DNA from: Raillietiella orientalis
Lineage: Eukaryota
Assembly (NCBI GenBank): GCA_036172245.1
Contig: JAYWIR010000033.1
Location: 2,046,001-2,110,000, forward strand
Length of the DNA: 64,000 nucleotides
Reading direction: 5' to 3'
Under the pieces are notes generated by a model. That model was not told the DNA's origin and ran no database searches. It saw only the letters and a program-made list of their open reading frames with translations. Shown here piece by piece: positions 48,950-62,799 of this stretch. How positions within the stretch are numbered: position 1 is the first letter of the stretch; each line of letters begins with the position of its first letter. A program made the translations under genes and the position numbers.

Positions 48950-50950
48950 TGGCAGCGAGCTTTTCACTTTCCGTTATCGACTGGCAATCATCCCATCAAC
49001 GAGTATTCTTTGAGCTGCTCACAATGGAGCTCACTCAATCCATGAGTGGTTTGCACCACCTTTATCGTTTGTGACGGGCATGGGTTTTTGTGGTGAGATG
49101 CTGAGCTTGTGATGGCTGCTGGACCTTCCAGGGAGTCGCGGATGGGGCAGTGATCCATCCATAGCGGTTCTTCAGCAAATCCATAGACGAATACCCTTGA
49201 ATCCACCCCAGCCCTTGAATTCAAATTTCCAGACCGCTTTTGAAGTTCTTTGGGGTCAATATTTTCTCCGAATTCGGAATTCTTACAATATTTAGGACGC
49301 TCCAAAACTCGAGGTTTGCCTTTTTTTTTTGAGGGAGGAGGGGGGAAGGGGAGAGGGGAGGGGAAATCAGCTATGAAATCTCCTGCCTTCTCTGTCACAC
49401 AAAAGGATCGCTGTATACCTAAAATATCTTAATAAGGATCGAGACTTGATTCCGGGCGTGAAGTCAAAGCGTCCAGACTCCGCCACAAGACAAGGGAAGC
49501 AAACACCGCGATGTTTTTCTGCGGCTCTCCCACAGAGCATGGTGAGCATCACCACCGTAAGTCCTCAGGGTCACAAGATCGAGCACTCACGGTATGCAGC
49601 TTGAGATTACACGGGCATCCCTAGGTCGAAGAAACTCACGTCAGACATCAGATTCGGTCGAGACATCGACTCAGCAGTGCGACCGACGACCTTCGAAGAT
49701 GGAGGCCTTCCAGTCGGTCGAGGAAAGCAGGCAGCAGATAAGTTAAACATTCGGGGATGAAGCAGGATTTTCAACCGGGCGGCATAGAGAGGAGGCCAAT
49801 AGCCCAAGTCGTGGATACAGGAGACCATACTTTTCATATACCGCCGAAGTTTCAGCAACAAGTGGATAGGAGCGCCTCCTTTTATCAAATCATTCAGATT
49901 TCCCAATGCCTTCAACATTAGTTGAGTTTGCTCAGTCATTCGGACCTTTAATTGGAATTACGATTTCCATATGAATGAACTTCCGGGTACTCGTACTGAG
50001 TGCACGCTGACCTCCGTGTCTTTGACGTTGAGGGAAGGCCACTTGCTGGCTCGTTGCACCATGGCAATTGCCACAAGTAGTCATCGCATTGTCACTACCA
50101 AGGTCGTCGGTGACTACTGCCGAAGAAACAAACGCTGCATCGGATCCGAAGAGGTGTCGACGGGAAGCCAGAAGGTTGTAACCAGCCCCTCCCATTCAAG
50201 AGCGCCACACTCTAGCAGCACTGATGTCCGCCTCGATCGTACCTTAGGTACTCTCACTGGTAGTTCTATCTCGGCACCGATGGCATGAGATCCTCAGAGC
50301 TAGAGTGTCATCAGAATGCCTCAAAGTGAGAGGGGTGAGCTCACGATGCGTGGGTTTCAATGAAGTCGCCGTGCCGGAAGACGCCCCATGTTCACCACTC
50401 ACATGTTGAGAAGCGCGGTGAACGTGATCGGCTAGAGAGAACTCAAGAAAAAGTAATCCCCTACTGTCACTTTGAGGTGCTTAGGAGTTGACCGAAGTGT
50501 GGGTGACTGTGCTCAACGAGGGGACCACGTCACCCACGTGCATCCATCTTCGATATTTGGCGCATGGAGAAAGCTCCATTCCATGTTTGGCTCCTGTAAG
50601 TCGTTGGGACGCCTGTAAGAAGAACGTGCCTGAATCGAGCGCGTACGGTGAGCCCCACTGGGTCATACATGGGAGACAAGCAAAGCGAAAGCCACAGGGT
50701 CGTGGGGTAACTCGGAGATGAAGGCGGTCTCTCTGCGTGTGGTTTTCCCCTTACACCCAGTGACGCCGAGCGTTTCCCCAGGAGCCCAGGAGCCGTCGGA
50801 CAAGGCGGGAAGACAAGTAAACAAAGGCGCTTCCTGTTGAAGAGTCTGCTGGCAAAGGTTGTCGTCATTCCACGGAAGCGGCTGCCTCGACGGCGGAAAT
50901 GGAGCGAAGCGAGAGAGCACAGCCTGGACACACTTTGCCGAGTTCGCCCA
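48950..50950 (-). mobile_element. Decayed LINE linker-RT remnant
   Basis: ASSGTA (APGPDG position, ~50375), QVAFPQR (QxAFxxGR-like), LLHPRMFNL (PLSPxLFNL-like) in order. Confidence 0.45.
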
Positions 50951-51099
50951 GGAAATAAGCTGAGAACCACAATTTTGTACATGACGCAGGTTCTAGGCTG
51001 TACATTTCTTCAGTTTTACGTCTGCAACAGTCGGCTCCTCAATATTAAGAACTATGTGTGCTTTTCCACGTTGATCTTGGTAAGGTTGAGAGCCAAGGA

Positions 51100-51250
51100 T
51101 TCTCTCCAAGAAGTGTTGCTCGGAAAAGCACTGGAGCCACCGGCGGATGAGGACCTTGGAAACGTTTGGTCGGGTGAGTTCGAGAAAGGAAATGGTCATT
51201 CTGTAGATCTGGAAGCTCTCTCAGTGCTGTGCTGCTCAACTGCAATGACA
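51100..51250 (-). pseudogene. F-box-like N-terminal fragment
   Basis: LRELPDLQNDHFLSRTHP followed by KVLIRRW, fitting the F-box pattern LPxxxxxxILSRLP...VxRRW. Confidence 0.5.
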
Positions 51251-51499
51251 GATGAGAATTCAGTTCATTATCGCAAGATTTTTCAGGCCATCAGTTGTTT
51301 TGCTCTCCTCTTTTCTAGAACGGAAGCCATCAATCTCATTGCATGTCCCGTTTATGGGTCTACCACCACACTCAGTCTGCATCAAAAATGTCGAAGAATA
51401 CGCTTTATCTCTGATCTGAGCCCACGACTCGAGTCCGTGTTGGGTCATTCCCAAGGAGAAGAACGGATGAAAGAGATGGAAAAACAGTTCGTTCCTGCT

Positions 51500-54298
51500 G
51501 CATAACGACAGCGTCCATGGAACACATAGGAAGCGATCACGCCAGAAGACTGGAACTCTAAATAAAATCTCAGTTAACTGTTCCTTCTGGATGGAGACAG
51601 CGTTCAGGTTGAACTTTCCACGATTTGCTACCTTCATGTAGCAGGTTGCACACATTATTCATATCTGGATATAAAGATTTCTGGCTTTGTCTCTCTTCAG
51701 AAAGCTGGTCTGTATCGACAGTACTCCCCGCATCTTGCAATGCTCTCCACTGTGAGAAGCTGTTCGCACAGATACTCAGAACCTCGAAGAGCAGCAGACG
51801 CTTCCAAAGGAACACTATTTCACGAAAGAATGCCCTGTCACCAGAACACAGGTCTTGTGAGATCCAGTTACTGGAAGGGGGCTTAACTGACGTTCCGAGT
51901 CCGTCTCTCAAACCGACCAACTCAAGTTGAGAATCGGAAAAAGCAATCTCTCGGTGATTGTGCCGGGGATGCGAGATCTGTGAGATCATGGGGTTCGTAT
52001 CACGACCCAGCATTGGAGTTGGGTGCTAGGAGAGAGCTCCGGAAGTCGCGTCTTCCCTCGACCTAAGCTGCAAAAGGTGAGAAAACTCACAGTCACATCC
52101 GATATCGGATGCAACATGGACATCCGCTGGACCCCTACTCTGACTCGCCCGGCTGAGGATTCACCACATCAGTTGTGTATGCTCTCATCAGCTCAACTCC
52201 GCAAACGATGGGCGTGGACTGACGTAGATGTTGACGCGAAAGTCCTCGCCTTGTCAAACGATTAACCGCCATAAGGCCTGGTTAGCGAGAATGGACAGTC
52301 CATGAAGGACAGACCCCTCTTCCCTTTGTACATTAATTTCAGACTTAACGAAATAATTGCGCGTCATCTTAAATTTAAGCTCTTCTGCGAGCTTTCGACA
52401 TTCTTTCTGACATTCCACACTGGATGCCTGACTGAATGATCGTCCTAACGTTTTAATCTATCATTGGGCAGATGGTTCCCGAAGAATGCGAGAACTTGTT
52501 CTCACAGTCTCTTGAAAGGACAATGGAGCGAACTGCATGGAGCTCTGCAATATGATAGATGGTCACTGGAGATAAATGCTAGACCATAAAGCCGAAATCG
52601 TTCTTTTCGACGTCAGCATCCATCGAATTATTTGTCGCATCCAGAAGCGACTTAGCCCAGGATCTCCGACGACGTTTACTCGTCAGGTTGCTGCACACAT
52701 TCTTGAAATACTTGCCGAGCACTGAGGACACAGAAGACTTTGGTGTGTGATGCGTTGGAAGAACACAGAAGTTTCCGGCTAAACTTGAATCCATTTTCTT
52801 CCAGCTTTTCCACGAGACCATTGCTGTTGTTTTCCTTCCCAATCACTGAAGGAAGAACCTGTATGAAGAGTCCCCGAGTTTCGCCTATTCCCGGCTAGAA
52901 TACTGCAGGCAGGTTTTTCTTCTTGTATCTGTTTTGAAGAGGAGCTCACTTTCCATATCACCCTGCGCTCCTTGTTCTTTCTACGATGAGCTCCTCGGCT
53001 CAACCAGCCGTCGACAGAGTTCCATCTGCAGTCACTCTTACAAGCTCTTCTTATGGGAGGTTTAGATTTAATAAGACGGGCTTCACATCTTCGAATTTGT
53101 CTCTTCCCATGGTGGTCGGAAATGGCCACGTTTGGTGCACAATGAGAAAGCTCAACCAGACTTCGACTTTCTCTAACTGCTAGAGGATCGTAGGTCTCTG
53201 AGAATGGGCGCCAAGACTTCTGGGCAATGTGAGGCAATTCAAATCACCAGCCTGCTGGTGTCAGAGAATTTCGATGCCACTTTAGGGACGCCCCAGGAAT
53301 ACTTCAGAGCTCGCACCTTCTGGTGCAAGTCCTAAAAAAGCCGGAGGGCCTCACCAGATCTATCAGGAGCCAGGGAGGAACTCAGATTCTTCATGCTGCC
53401 ATTCTTCATTCAGACAGCGAGGGACACCTTTGTCAGTGGAATTCACCACCACATCTGCGACCGGTCAGGATTTTCTGAGGAACAGAGGAGAGGCAGAAAC
53501 CTCTCCCTACATGCCTGAGCCTCAGGCACGTTGCTCCAAAGGAGTCATCTACAGCAGGGCGTGGCCTTAGCAGGGCCACAAGTCTGGAAGTCCAGATTGA
53601 TAAACGCGGGGCATACCGAGTCCCGTCCAGGAACGGCGGCGTCCAGTTCGCGGTTCTCATGCGAAGGAGTCTCTGTCTAGTCAACATCTGCGCTGCTCAA
53701 CATCTCGAGAGCGCCATCTTTCGCGAAGTTTCGGGTAACTCCTAGGCCATGCCAACGAACTATTCATAACGGGGTGGAACCGTCACCTCAATCCGATGGC
53801 TCGAATGCATCGGCCCTGTGCTGTGCAAATCTCATCCAACGTGTCGAAGTCAGTGGCACCGACGCAGGAGACAGGTTGCCAAAGTCCCATTTCCTGCCTC
53901 GAGGGGATGACACGTGAGACCACAGCAACCTGCGTCTTGTCAAGCACGACTAGCTTTCAGGCATGAAAAGGGCGAGACCAGGAAGAGCGGTGGAATATGC
54001 GGTGAGCAAAGTAAACAGAGGTGCGCGCTTTCCCGGGAACGAGAATGCCTACAGTTGCCACCGACCTGTTCCAAGTTCACACCTGCAGCACCCAAGGTCT
54101 AGCTTGCAGGAAGAGAAGGAGCAACGTTCTCTCTCCTGGATGAAAAGCACTTGCGCCAAGAAGGCAACTAGCCATGCAGGAAGAGTCCAGTAAGTGGACC
54201 AGCTCTGGATGTCCGCCTTCCCACGTAGCAATGCGCCAGTATCAGTCCAAGGTCTCCGCGCTCTACGACTAATGGAATGTTTTCTCATTTCGTCCTGC
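51500..54298 (-). mobile_element. Decayed LINE ORF2 (RT to zinc finger); probably continues beyond 55095
   Basis: LLRGKA (~54225), INLDFQT (LDFEK-like, ~53595), QRCPSL (~53425), KYSWGVP (YLG-like, ~53295), CATC (~51645). Confidence 0.6.
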
Positions 54299-54302
54299 CA
54301 GA

Positions 54303-55094
54303 GGCGTTTATTTTATAAGAAATAAACCAGTCGGGAACACTCCAGTTCCCAACCGACGGCAACAGAAGTTCAACGAAAGGGGTCCACCGACACACAGGCC
54401 GGGACAACAGACAGTCTGGAACAGGGGAGAGACAAGGGAACAACAGAAACAGGAAAAAAAAAAGAAAAGAAAGTGGCTAAGATGGGGTAGGGATCTCTGG
54501 ATCGCTCCATAGGGACCAAGATCGGAACAAAAAGCATCGGGAGAACGGAGCGAACAGGGATGGAAAATGAGAAGAAAAAAAAAAGGGTGAGAGGAGGCTG
54601 TTGTTTCTAACTGTCTATCAACCGGCAATGGATGCACAATCTCCTCCTGATTCCTCTTCCAGGTGAGGCCATCTTGCAGCTTTCCTGATTTAGGCGGCTG
54701 CCATCCTGGTGACCTCCCTTCGCTGAGAGGTGGTTCCCAGCATCTGTCGGGCCGCAACAGTGGCACAGCTACACCACTATGGTTGCAATTGCAAATCCAG
54801 TCGAGAGTCCTCTCGGTGCGAAGAACCTTCTCTACATATCTCGGGAGGTGTCTTCCCAGTAAAGGAGTGCTGCTGCCAGACTCTGCCACGATTCCTGGAG
54901 AGTACCGCAGTCCAAAAGTGGGTGCGGCGGGATCGACTCCGCACCGACCCGCGCCTGGAACAGTTGGGGGAAGCAACCCCTGCGGAACCTCCGCGCCGTC
55001 GCTTGTCGCACTGGGATCCCCAGTGGAGGAAGAGCAGCACATCCTGTTTCCACGATTGTGAAAACACTGGAAGGTCGGTCTTTTTACAGGGGCG
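54303..55094 (-). mobile_element. 5'-truncated LINE family A insertion with probable TSD
   Basis: SWKQDVLLFLHWG...ASPNCSR; 3' UTR ending AATAAA; flanked by CAGAGGCG (54299-54306) and CAGGGGCG (55087-55094). Confidence 0.8.
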
Positions 55095-55899
55095 ACATCG
55101 CACGGTAAGTACAATGAGATATATTCTTTCGATACGGGAAGCTATACGACATCACTCATCCGGAAGCCGTATAGCAGAAGGTCACTCATGACTTTCTGGT
55201 TCCCAAGATGCCAGAGAGCTAGTTGCAGAAGCTCTCGCCAAGGTGTGAATTGTGGTAGAGTACAAGAAGAGAACAACCTCACCGTATTCAGATACTTCCT
55301 TCTGTAGGAATTCCATGAGCTCCATCGCAATGGTTTCAAAAGCAACAGCACATATCCATGGTCATCTTGATCTGTTCGTCTCTTCATGAAACCAGACTGG
55401 CCTGAACACAGAGTTGCACAGAGTCCACGCAAGAGACCCTCAGGCCGCAAACCAAAGACTTGCACAACATGCTGGTAGCTTTCTTCATGACTTGGACCGA
55501 GGTCTGTTTCTTGGTATAGAGAGGCGAGAGCGGCGCAAGAAGTAATTCAAGGTGTCAGGCGGTGCCTCACTCTACCCTCGACAGGGCCTACGGAAGAGAC
55601 TCAACGAAGGTTCGAAGGAGGATTCAAGCAGATTGCATGGAAGGAGCAGGAGCGAACGAATCCTCAAGAAGACTGATAGGAAATTTTTCGTAGCAGTCTA
55701 GACAGAGAGGATGATGATGCCCTTCGGAAGACATGGTCTCGTCCTAGTCCGGATTTGTTTCAATTAATGAATTCCTTGGCAACTGGACTGCGCTGGACCG
55801 TATATGTGCCATACGTAAACTTCCGACGAGCGGCGTGTTCAAATAAGAACTTCCTTGCGTTCGACTTTCCTCGGTCAGGGCTTCATAACGTCTGTATAT

Positions 55900-57000
55900 C
55901 AGGTTACTGGTCGACCGTTTGATCACTCAAACGGGCGATCTAGGATTTCCGAGAGACGACAGCGCTCTTCCTCTGTGTGAACCCTTCGTCCTCTCAGGAG
56001 GTCCTCTACTGAAGGAGTCTGCGAAAGTGTGGTAGTCAGGGATTGGAAGGAGACAGTGGCCGTCGGATTTCCTCGCTTGTCCGGGAAACCGTCCAGGAAG
56101 TACTAGTAGAAACTGGATGGAAGGGGAGACAGGACACTGACCGTCTTAGGGAGCCTCGACGGCCTTGCTCCTTTGGGATGTGGAGTCCTCCGGGAGAGCT
56201 CGCCTTGTCGGATAGGAAAAGCGGCTCCGTCTTTTAGAAAATGGTAACGGAAAACTGGAAGCGGCTGTTCTCTGAAGCACCTGACGGAAATAAAAAGGAG
56301 GATGGTGAAAGATGAATTGCATCTGTGGCGTCCCGTGGTGTCTGATGTCTGCAGTCAGATTTCTTATGACAACCCCTTGTCTGCTAAATTTCCCTGATAC
56401 TTGGCGAGTCTCCCAAGGTTTACTTCTGTAAGTGGAGTTCGGCGCTCATTTAAATAATGGAGCTGCCAGACGTTGAAAGCATTTGGTTACGGAGATGCGA
56501 TAAGCTTGGAGCAAAAATGGATGATGGAACTGCCGCCTTTACAAGAGAATTTCATAAGGCCTGAATACTCTTGGGGTGGTCACTTTGGAAATATATTCAT
56601 TCCTCTCCTCATCATCAGAAGTGAAGACGCTTTTTAATTGGCTGTCCTCTTGTTTCGCTCACAAGAGTTTAATTTCCGAAAGTGTGCGAGGGCTGAAGAA
56701 GCAAAACGTCTCGATGGCGTGGTTCTACTGCCGAGCAGGGCATCCGCAGTCGAAGACGGTCTTTGCTTTGACAGCACACGCTCTGTAGTGAGAAACCAGG
56801 AGAACACGAAAACACTCTTTTGGTCCGATGTGATAACCATGTACGTTTAGATGAGATTATAGTAAACCGGGGTTGAAATGAGTTGGGATGGTGAAAAGCA
56901 GGACCGAAGAAGAGCGATCACCCTAGATGTTTCACTGCCTCTTCGAAGGGGCGAAGACCACTTCTGAAATGTCTAACAGAGCCAGAAGCGCCAAAAGTCG
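55900..57000 (-). mobile_element. LINE post-RT remnant
   Basis: TYMVI (YLG position, ~56840) and PQEYSGL (PxxxGGL-like, ~56560). Confidence 0.35.
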
Positions 57001-58699
57001 CCAGTCAGCTCTTCATTTTTCTTCCGAAAGAGTTCCTGTACTCCCTCGTGGAGAAATGAAAATTTACGCGAACTATAGTACACAAAGCAGCCGGAACATA
57101 CAGTGACATTCGTCTGAGCTGAATGATGGAGCTGAGCTTAACTCGAAGCGAATACCACATGCGCGGTAGCTGGCAGCTCTCTGAGTAGATGTGTGAGTCA
57201 GCGACTATGTAGCAGAACACTCCAGTCTTCCTCTTTGCACATGAAGGCGCACGTGGCTGAGTCTGCAGAATGTTATCTAGAAGTGATGGATCGTCGACTG
57301 AGCGCTCTATGCAAAATCTTGAGAGTGTTAAGTTCAGTAGTTCTTCTGTGGAGGATGAAGGTGGGACGCTCCGTCGGTCGTTTGCCTGAGACCCCGGTAG
57401 AGCTGGAGATGCCTGCTTCCATCGCAACTTGAGCTGGTCTATTGAGAGTGGATAAATCTCGTGCGTCATATCCGAAGACAAGCATCATCGAGCTCTTTGC
57501 CCTTCCTCAGGTACCGCTGATTGGATAATCCCCATTCCAACGTCCCCAGAGGAGCAGATGCAAGAAATCAGAATTACAGTCTCAAATGAATTATCCACAC
57601 CATTTGACACCCATCAACATGAGGGGGCTCATTGAGTTTAGGAAGAAAAAAAAGCACAAATACCCAGATTTTCCACCGATGAAAGTGAGGAGAGCTGTCA
57701 ATGAAAAAAAACTTTACACCACCTGAGTTTCCATCCTTCTCCCTGAAAGCTTCTGAAAACACAACGCCAGAGTCTGCGTTATTGAATCTTCAATCCTCAG
57801 TTTCCACGTAGCATGGTTGCACATGACGACAAGCCACGTAGACTTTAAAAAAGCATACATTCCATGTAGTACATAGTACATAGAAGCATACTCATATCAT
57901 GCTCCAATGACTCGTTATCGTTTAGCCAAGCAGCAAGCAGAGTGGCCTTAAGTATATGATAGATCCGCAAAATTTATCTGTATTCAGTTTCACGTTGGAT
58001 GGGTTGCCGGCCAGCACGACACATAAGCTGAACGGTTCCGACTATCGTCAGAAGAAGAGAAAGATGAGGAGGAAGAAATTGTCTCTTCTCGCAGACGTAC
58101 CCTAATTTATAGTTATCCCTTCGACACTCGTGAAACGTCCCATGAAGCTCAGGATTGCGTCGGGTGGATTCGGTTCCACAAGGCTTCAGCCAGACAGAAG
58201 AGAATCATTCATTCCAGCCTGCCAATAGGTCATCGCAGACGGTCTTCTCCAGTGAAGGCTTTCTCCACATCTTGAGCATGCTTTCTCCGCACCACTCTAC
58301 ACTGATATCATATCGATACGCTTTCACATAGAAAAAGACTCGATCCTGTCTGGCAGTCTACTGACTGCTGGCAAAAAAGAAAGCACTCAAGGGCTCAACA
58401 TCCACCAAAACACTCTCCTTCTAATTTAAAAGTCCTGCCAAGCTACCCAGAGACTTCTACCAGGTATGCGATTTCTACCCCACAAGACGCATCGGTCTTC
58501 GCGCGCGTGTTCGGAGCTGAGGAGTTTACGAGTGTCCAAAGGGCCCACAAGTGTTCTCTGACTTTTGCATGATACGAGTAGGGCAGGCAACTCATTTCTC
58601 CTCGCCCCCACTTTCCGTTGATAAAGAGTAACTCGCTGACATCATCAACTGCAATCTCAACATACTCCATAAAATATGCCCCTTATTGATAGAAAGCCT

Positions 58700-60380
58700 T
58701 TGACAACCCCAGCCAAAATGCAACCGCCATCCCCATATTCCAATCACTGTTTGCACCCAGCCAACACCCAAAATACAGCATTGCACCCCTTGCGCATTCA
58801 TAATTACATTAGCATCCTTCCAATTTTGTGCTTACAATAACCCCACAATCATATTTCCCCTTCCCGCGATCATCTTATCCATCACCACTATATTCAACCC
58901 CATGTTGGTATCTGTTGATTGAGTGGATGGAGGGATTACACAGAATCTTTGCAATCTTCACCATCTTCACGTCCTGTCCATCTTTACGCCATGAGCTTGC
59001 GGTGCCATCTCCAGAAATCCTCCTTCTGCATCCGCATCCGTTTTCACTAGTTCTTCGAGTCGATGCTCTGATCTATCCCTCCATCGAAAGGATGTCCTCG
59101 ATATCCATTGGAGGCTGCGTGGAACATTAGAGGCAACCACAAGGCGCTTCATTGCGTCGAGATGCAGCCGGAACCTTTTCATCTCGGAAACACAAGTGCA
59201 CCAGAGACTGTCGGTTGAACTCTTTCGGTGACGTGCAAGGTCGACAGCAAGGTCCCGTTTCCTTCTCGAGAACTTCTGAACGAATAAGGGATGCTCTCGA
59301 ATGGCCGGGATAAACATTGCTTTCCTCGTAGGGAGACGGGACTCCACTCCAGAGACGAGCTTATTGCAGAACATCACTTCCCAGCTCCATCCCAACTGAT
59401 GAAGCAATGCATCTTGTCACTGAATGTACTGGAGAGAGTGTGATCCAACACCTGAAGCAGCGCCTCATCCCAAACTTGGCATCTAGCAGATGCAACCTTG
59501 TTTGCGACAGGGGATTCTTATGGCCTAGAGGTCGTTAAGCCTGGCGGAAAAGTTGTGCATCCCAAAGTTGCATATCAAGATCGTGGATGATGTTCCACCC
59601 TGTTTCACTACGTCTACGTAGAAGACACCTTTGTTTGTTCTCTCTTAGCCTTCAATGACCTCTGGCTCCACATATTACTCATAATTCCATCACTCGACCA
59701 ACTCTCCATCACCAGTACCTCCATGAAGCAACTACCATCCTTCATCTCAAAACTCATCAACAACAACCTATATCCACAAATCATCCGTTACCATTTCATA
59801 GATGCTGCTGCAACTCAAGCTTTCTTTCCCTACCATTTCGACAAACCTGAATAAAAAATACTCACAGAATCACTGGATTAACATACACCCCAAGGCATTT
59901 CATAGTAAATCTCGGATCAGTCGTAGTGATCCCAGATTTAGTCCTCATCATCCAACCGACCACAGGAATACTATCTCACACATCCCATACCAAAGAAACC
60001 TTCCTATCTTTGATCGGATTTTTGCACAGCACCCAGAACGGCTGACTTCCATTCTACATTCTCTCTGGCACTTTGCTCTAGCCGTCTGTCTACCCTTCCT
60101 AGCAGTGGAGTCTCCAATCCTCCTAGGACTACACTGTTGGAGCACATACTACTCTGAGGACACTCTGAGTCGTCAAATTCATTACTATCCAATTGTCCTC
60201 AATCCCTTCATCTATCAAAACACATCACCCCCTTCCTATGCGGAAGCTTCCTCTACCGTCAAGCGGTTCTTCGCCCTCCACTTCTACCCGTATTCACAGC
60301 TATAGTTAGCACGCTGCATTTCTGCTTCCTCTACACAGACCCCTTCAGGTGAGCCTCTAGGAGCCAAACGAAACCTGGAT
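58700..60380 (+). mobile_element. Penelope-like element RT remnant
   Basis: C/A-rich strand; TSLLQNI (~59360, SLFTNI-like), TGILMA (~59510, GxPMG-like), YVEDTF (~59615, YVDDTF-like), LPFH (~59790), HIPY (~59980) in PLE order. Confidence 0.7.
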
Positions 60381-62799
60381 ATGCTTCTTCCCATTCTTAC
60401 CGTTCTTTATCATGAAAGATCGACCAAGACCACACCTAAGTGGTGACCAGCTGTAAATTCCGGGTTACCTTTTTCGTAGCGGAAGACAAGTTCAGGGAGA
60501 TCAGGAGATTCCACACCCAAGACTTTTCCGGAAGAGCAGCTCATTTTCTGTAGATAAGATAGAACCAGTGATGCTGGAAAAATTATTCTTCTTACAATGC
60601 AGCGATTCCGGAAAACTACAAGGCAAAGCTCCCACTGGCTCTCGTAGACAGTGCAGATGAAACAGTGGAACCCATAAGTGGCTCATTAATGAATCACAAG
60701 ATGAACTCTGAAGCATTTCTGGGCCACGTTGCTGGTCAGACTCAGGGTTTAATTACCACCAGCTTTTCAACTCACTGAAATGGGCATTTTACTACCTGAA
60801 GGATTCGGTAGATGTCAGCTCCGCACTCTCCGAAGAAAATCAGCTGAGAAGGCGAGAGATGTTTACAGGAGATCCCTCCGCGTTGCACGAGCCATTGAAG
60901 GTGAAGGCTGATAGGTGCTTGGAAATAGGGAGTGGGGTTCTACGTGGATGGTATCACACTGCTTATAAAAAATCCATCTTAAGCGCTACAAAAGTAGAAT
61001 GGTTATTTTTTCAGGAAAAGGAAAAATATTAAAAGAATTTAGTATGTAACTTGAAGTAAAAAAAAAAAAAAGAAAATTTCTAGAGTTTTCTTAATACGTA
61101 ATCAATTTATGCAACTCTGCAATTTCAGCTTTATCGCTTCTGTTGCCCAACAACTCAGCCTGCTTAAATCTGTGTTCCTGTTGCTCTTAAAAACAGCTGA
61201 ACTGGAGCCATACCACAAAATGAAAGTTTATCCGCAAGCGTCGTACAGAGCTCATTTACCGCGTTATACGAGGGCTGTCGTCATTTTTTCCTCACGTTAT
61301 ACAAACTCGCGTTACTCGAGAGTCTGCTGCACACGGATGGCTTCCATCTAATAGTCACAAGAGTGGTGAAGCTGCAGAAAACGTGGGACAAACACGTTTT
61401 CTTTCATCCTGATCAGGAGGTTTTCGGTGATATTTTCCATCTCCATTTGGTCAGTTCTGGCAGAAAACTTACCAATGAGATCGAAACAGAAGTGACACAC
61501 ACGTCCAGCAGGATTCCAATGTCAGGGCATGAAGAAAGTTGCTTGACCTGAAAGATGGAATGAAAAGGCATGCCACAGAAATGGGGCACGGCCACTGGCA
61601 TTGAATAAAGGTCTCATGAAGGTTCATGCAACGATCGGTAGCAGCCGCAAAGAGACAGACACTGATGGCAATGAGTGCTTACAACTGCAGAGCAATTTTA
61701 TGGACTGCTTATCCAGCTCTAAATAAATACATGTTATCGTCCGTGGAAAGGCACCATTCTTCTTAAAGAACGATACCTTCCATGAGGAACATACATTTAG
61801 GTATGTGTACTTCTGCAGAATATACGCAGCCAATACCACGTTTTCAATAGGGTTCGAGATGGATATCAATGAACGTACTATGGGAAATCTCTTCTGTGTA
61901 AGATCGGGTATGAAAACTTCGATGAAGGCATTTAGGGAATCGCCTCTTTGTCGGTGTAATCAGCTGGAGCAATGGGACTGTGGATGCCGTGGCAGTGGGG
62001 TTGGACAAGAACTTCCATGGGTTAGCATGCCGTCTTACGAGGAGGGCATCGAACCGATGATGCTAATGGGGTCGGTGTCGCACTGCTTTCAGCTGCTGCT
62101 TCTGGACTGCGTCCTGTTGATGCATCGTGAGCCCAAGTCCTCTCGTGATCAACATCCAAGCTCATACTTTGAAGCTTCAAATGAATTTGCCTCAGGCTTG
62201 CTGTCTAACTTATTGCGACTCCACTAAAGGTGATTTTTTTTTTTTTCCTCTGATGCCATGTCCTCCTTGAACAAAACCTGGAATTCAGCAGCGATCCTCC
62301 TTAATGATGATGATTTCCATAGCTGCCTTTACCATTATCTCAGTTCGAGTCCCTTTTACAAATTCCGCACCACCCTCGTGTAAATTCCACTTCTTCAAGC
62401 CACAGGAGCTCCTCCAGCAATCTCGAGATTCCAAAGTGAATCCCATTTTAAATGGGGAGGGACTCTAAAAGGATTTTCCTCCTGAAAAATTGTCGCATCA
62501 AATGTTATGATAGCATAATGTGAATATCATAACTTATCGAAATACGCAAGTGAACTTTCATCGCAAAAGTTGGATCCGCTGTCTCGTGTTCCTGCTATCA
62601 TCCTCTCTAGTAGTAGAATTCGAGTATAGTGCAACTGAAAGATGTAGATGTAAACAAATAAACCTTCAAGTGCTGCATTCCTCTGAAGATAAAGCAAGCG
62701 AGTTCCCGAAGAGCTAACAGCATCCTCACTATTCTATTCAAATTTTGATAGATGAAATAATGTCAGAAGTAAGGATCTGACAGAGACATCATCCTCGCT

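Noticed and set aside
60570..60650. LFFLQCSDSGKLQGK as a GIY-YIG start after the PLE
   Set aside because: Lacks the diagnostic tyrosines and the following arginine spacing; too weak.
61830..61870. SNPIENVV as a Tc1/mariner LNPIENxW motif
   Set aside because: No other DDE motifs or terminal inverted repeats found.
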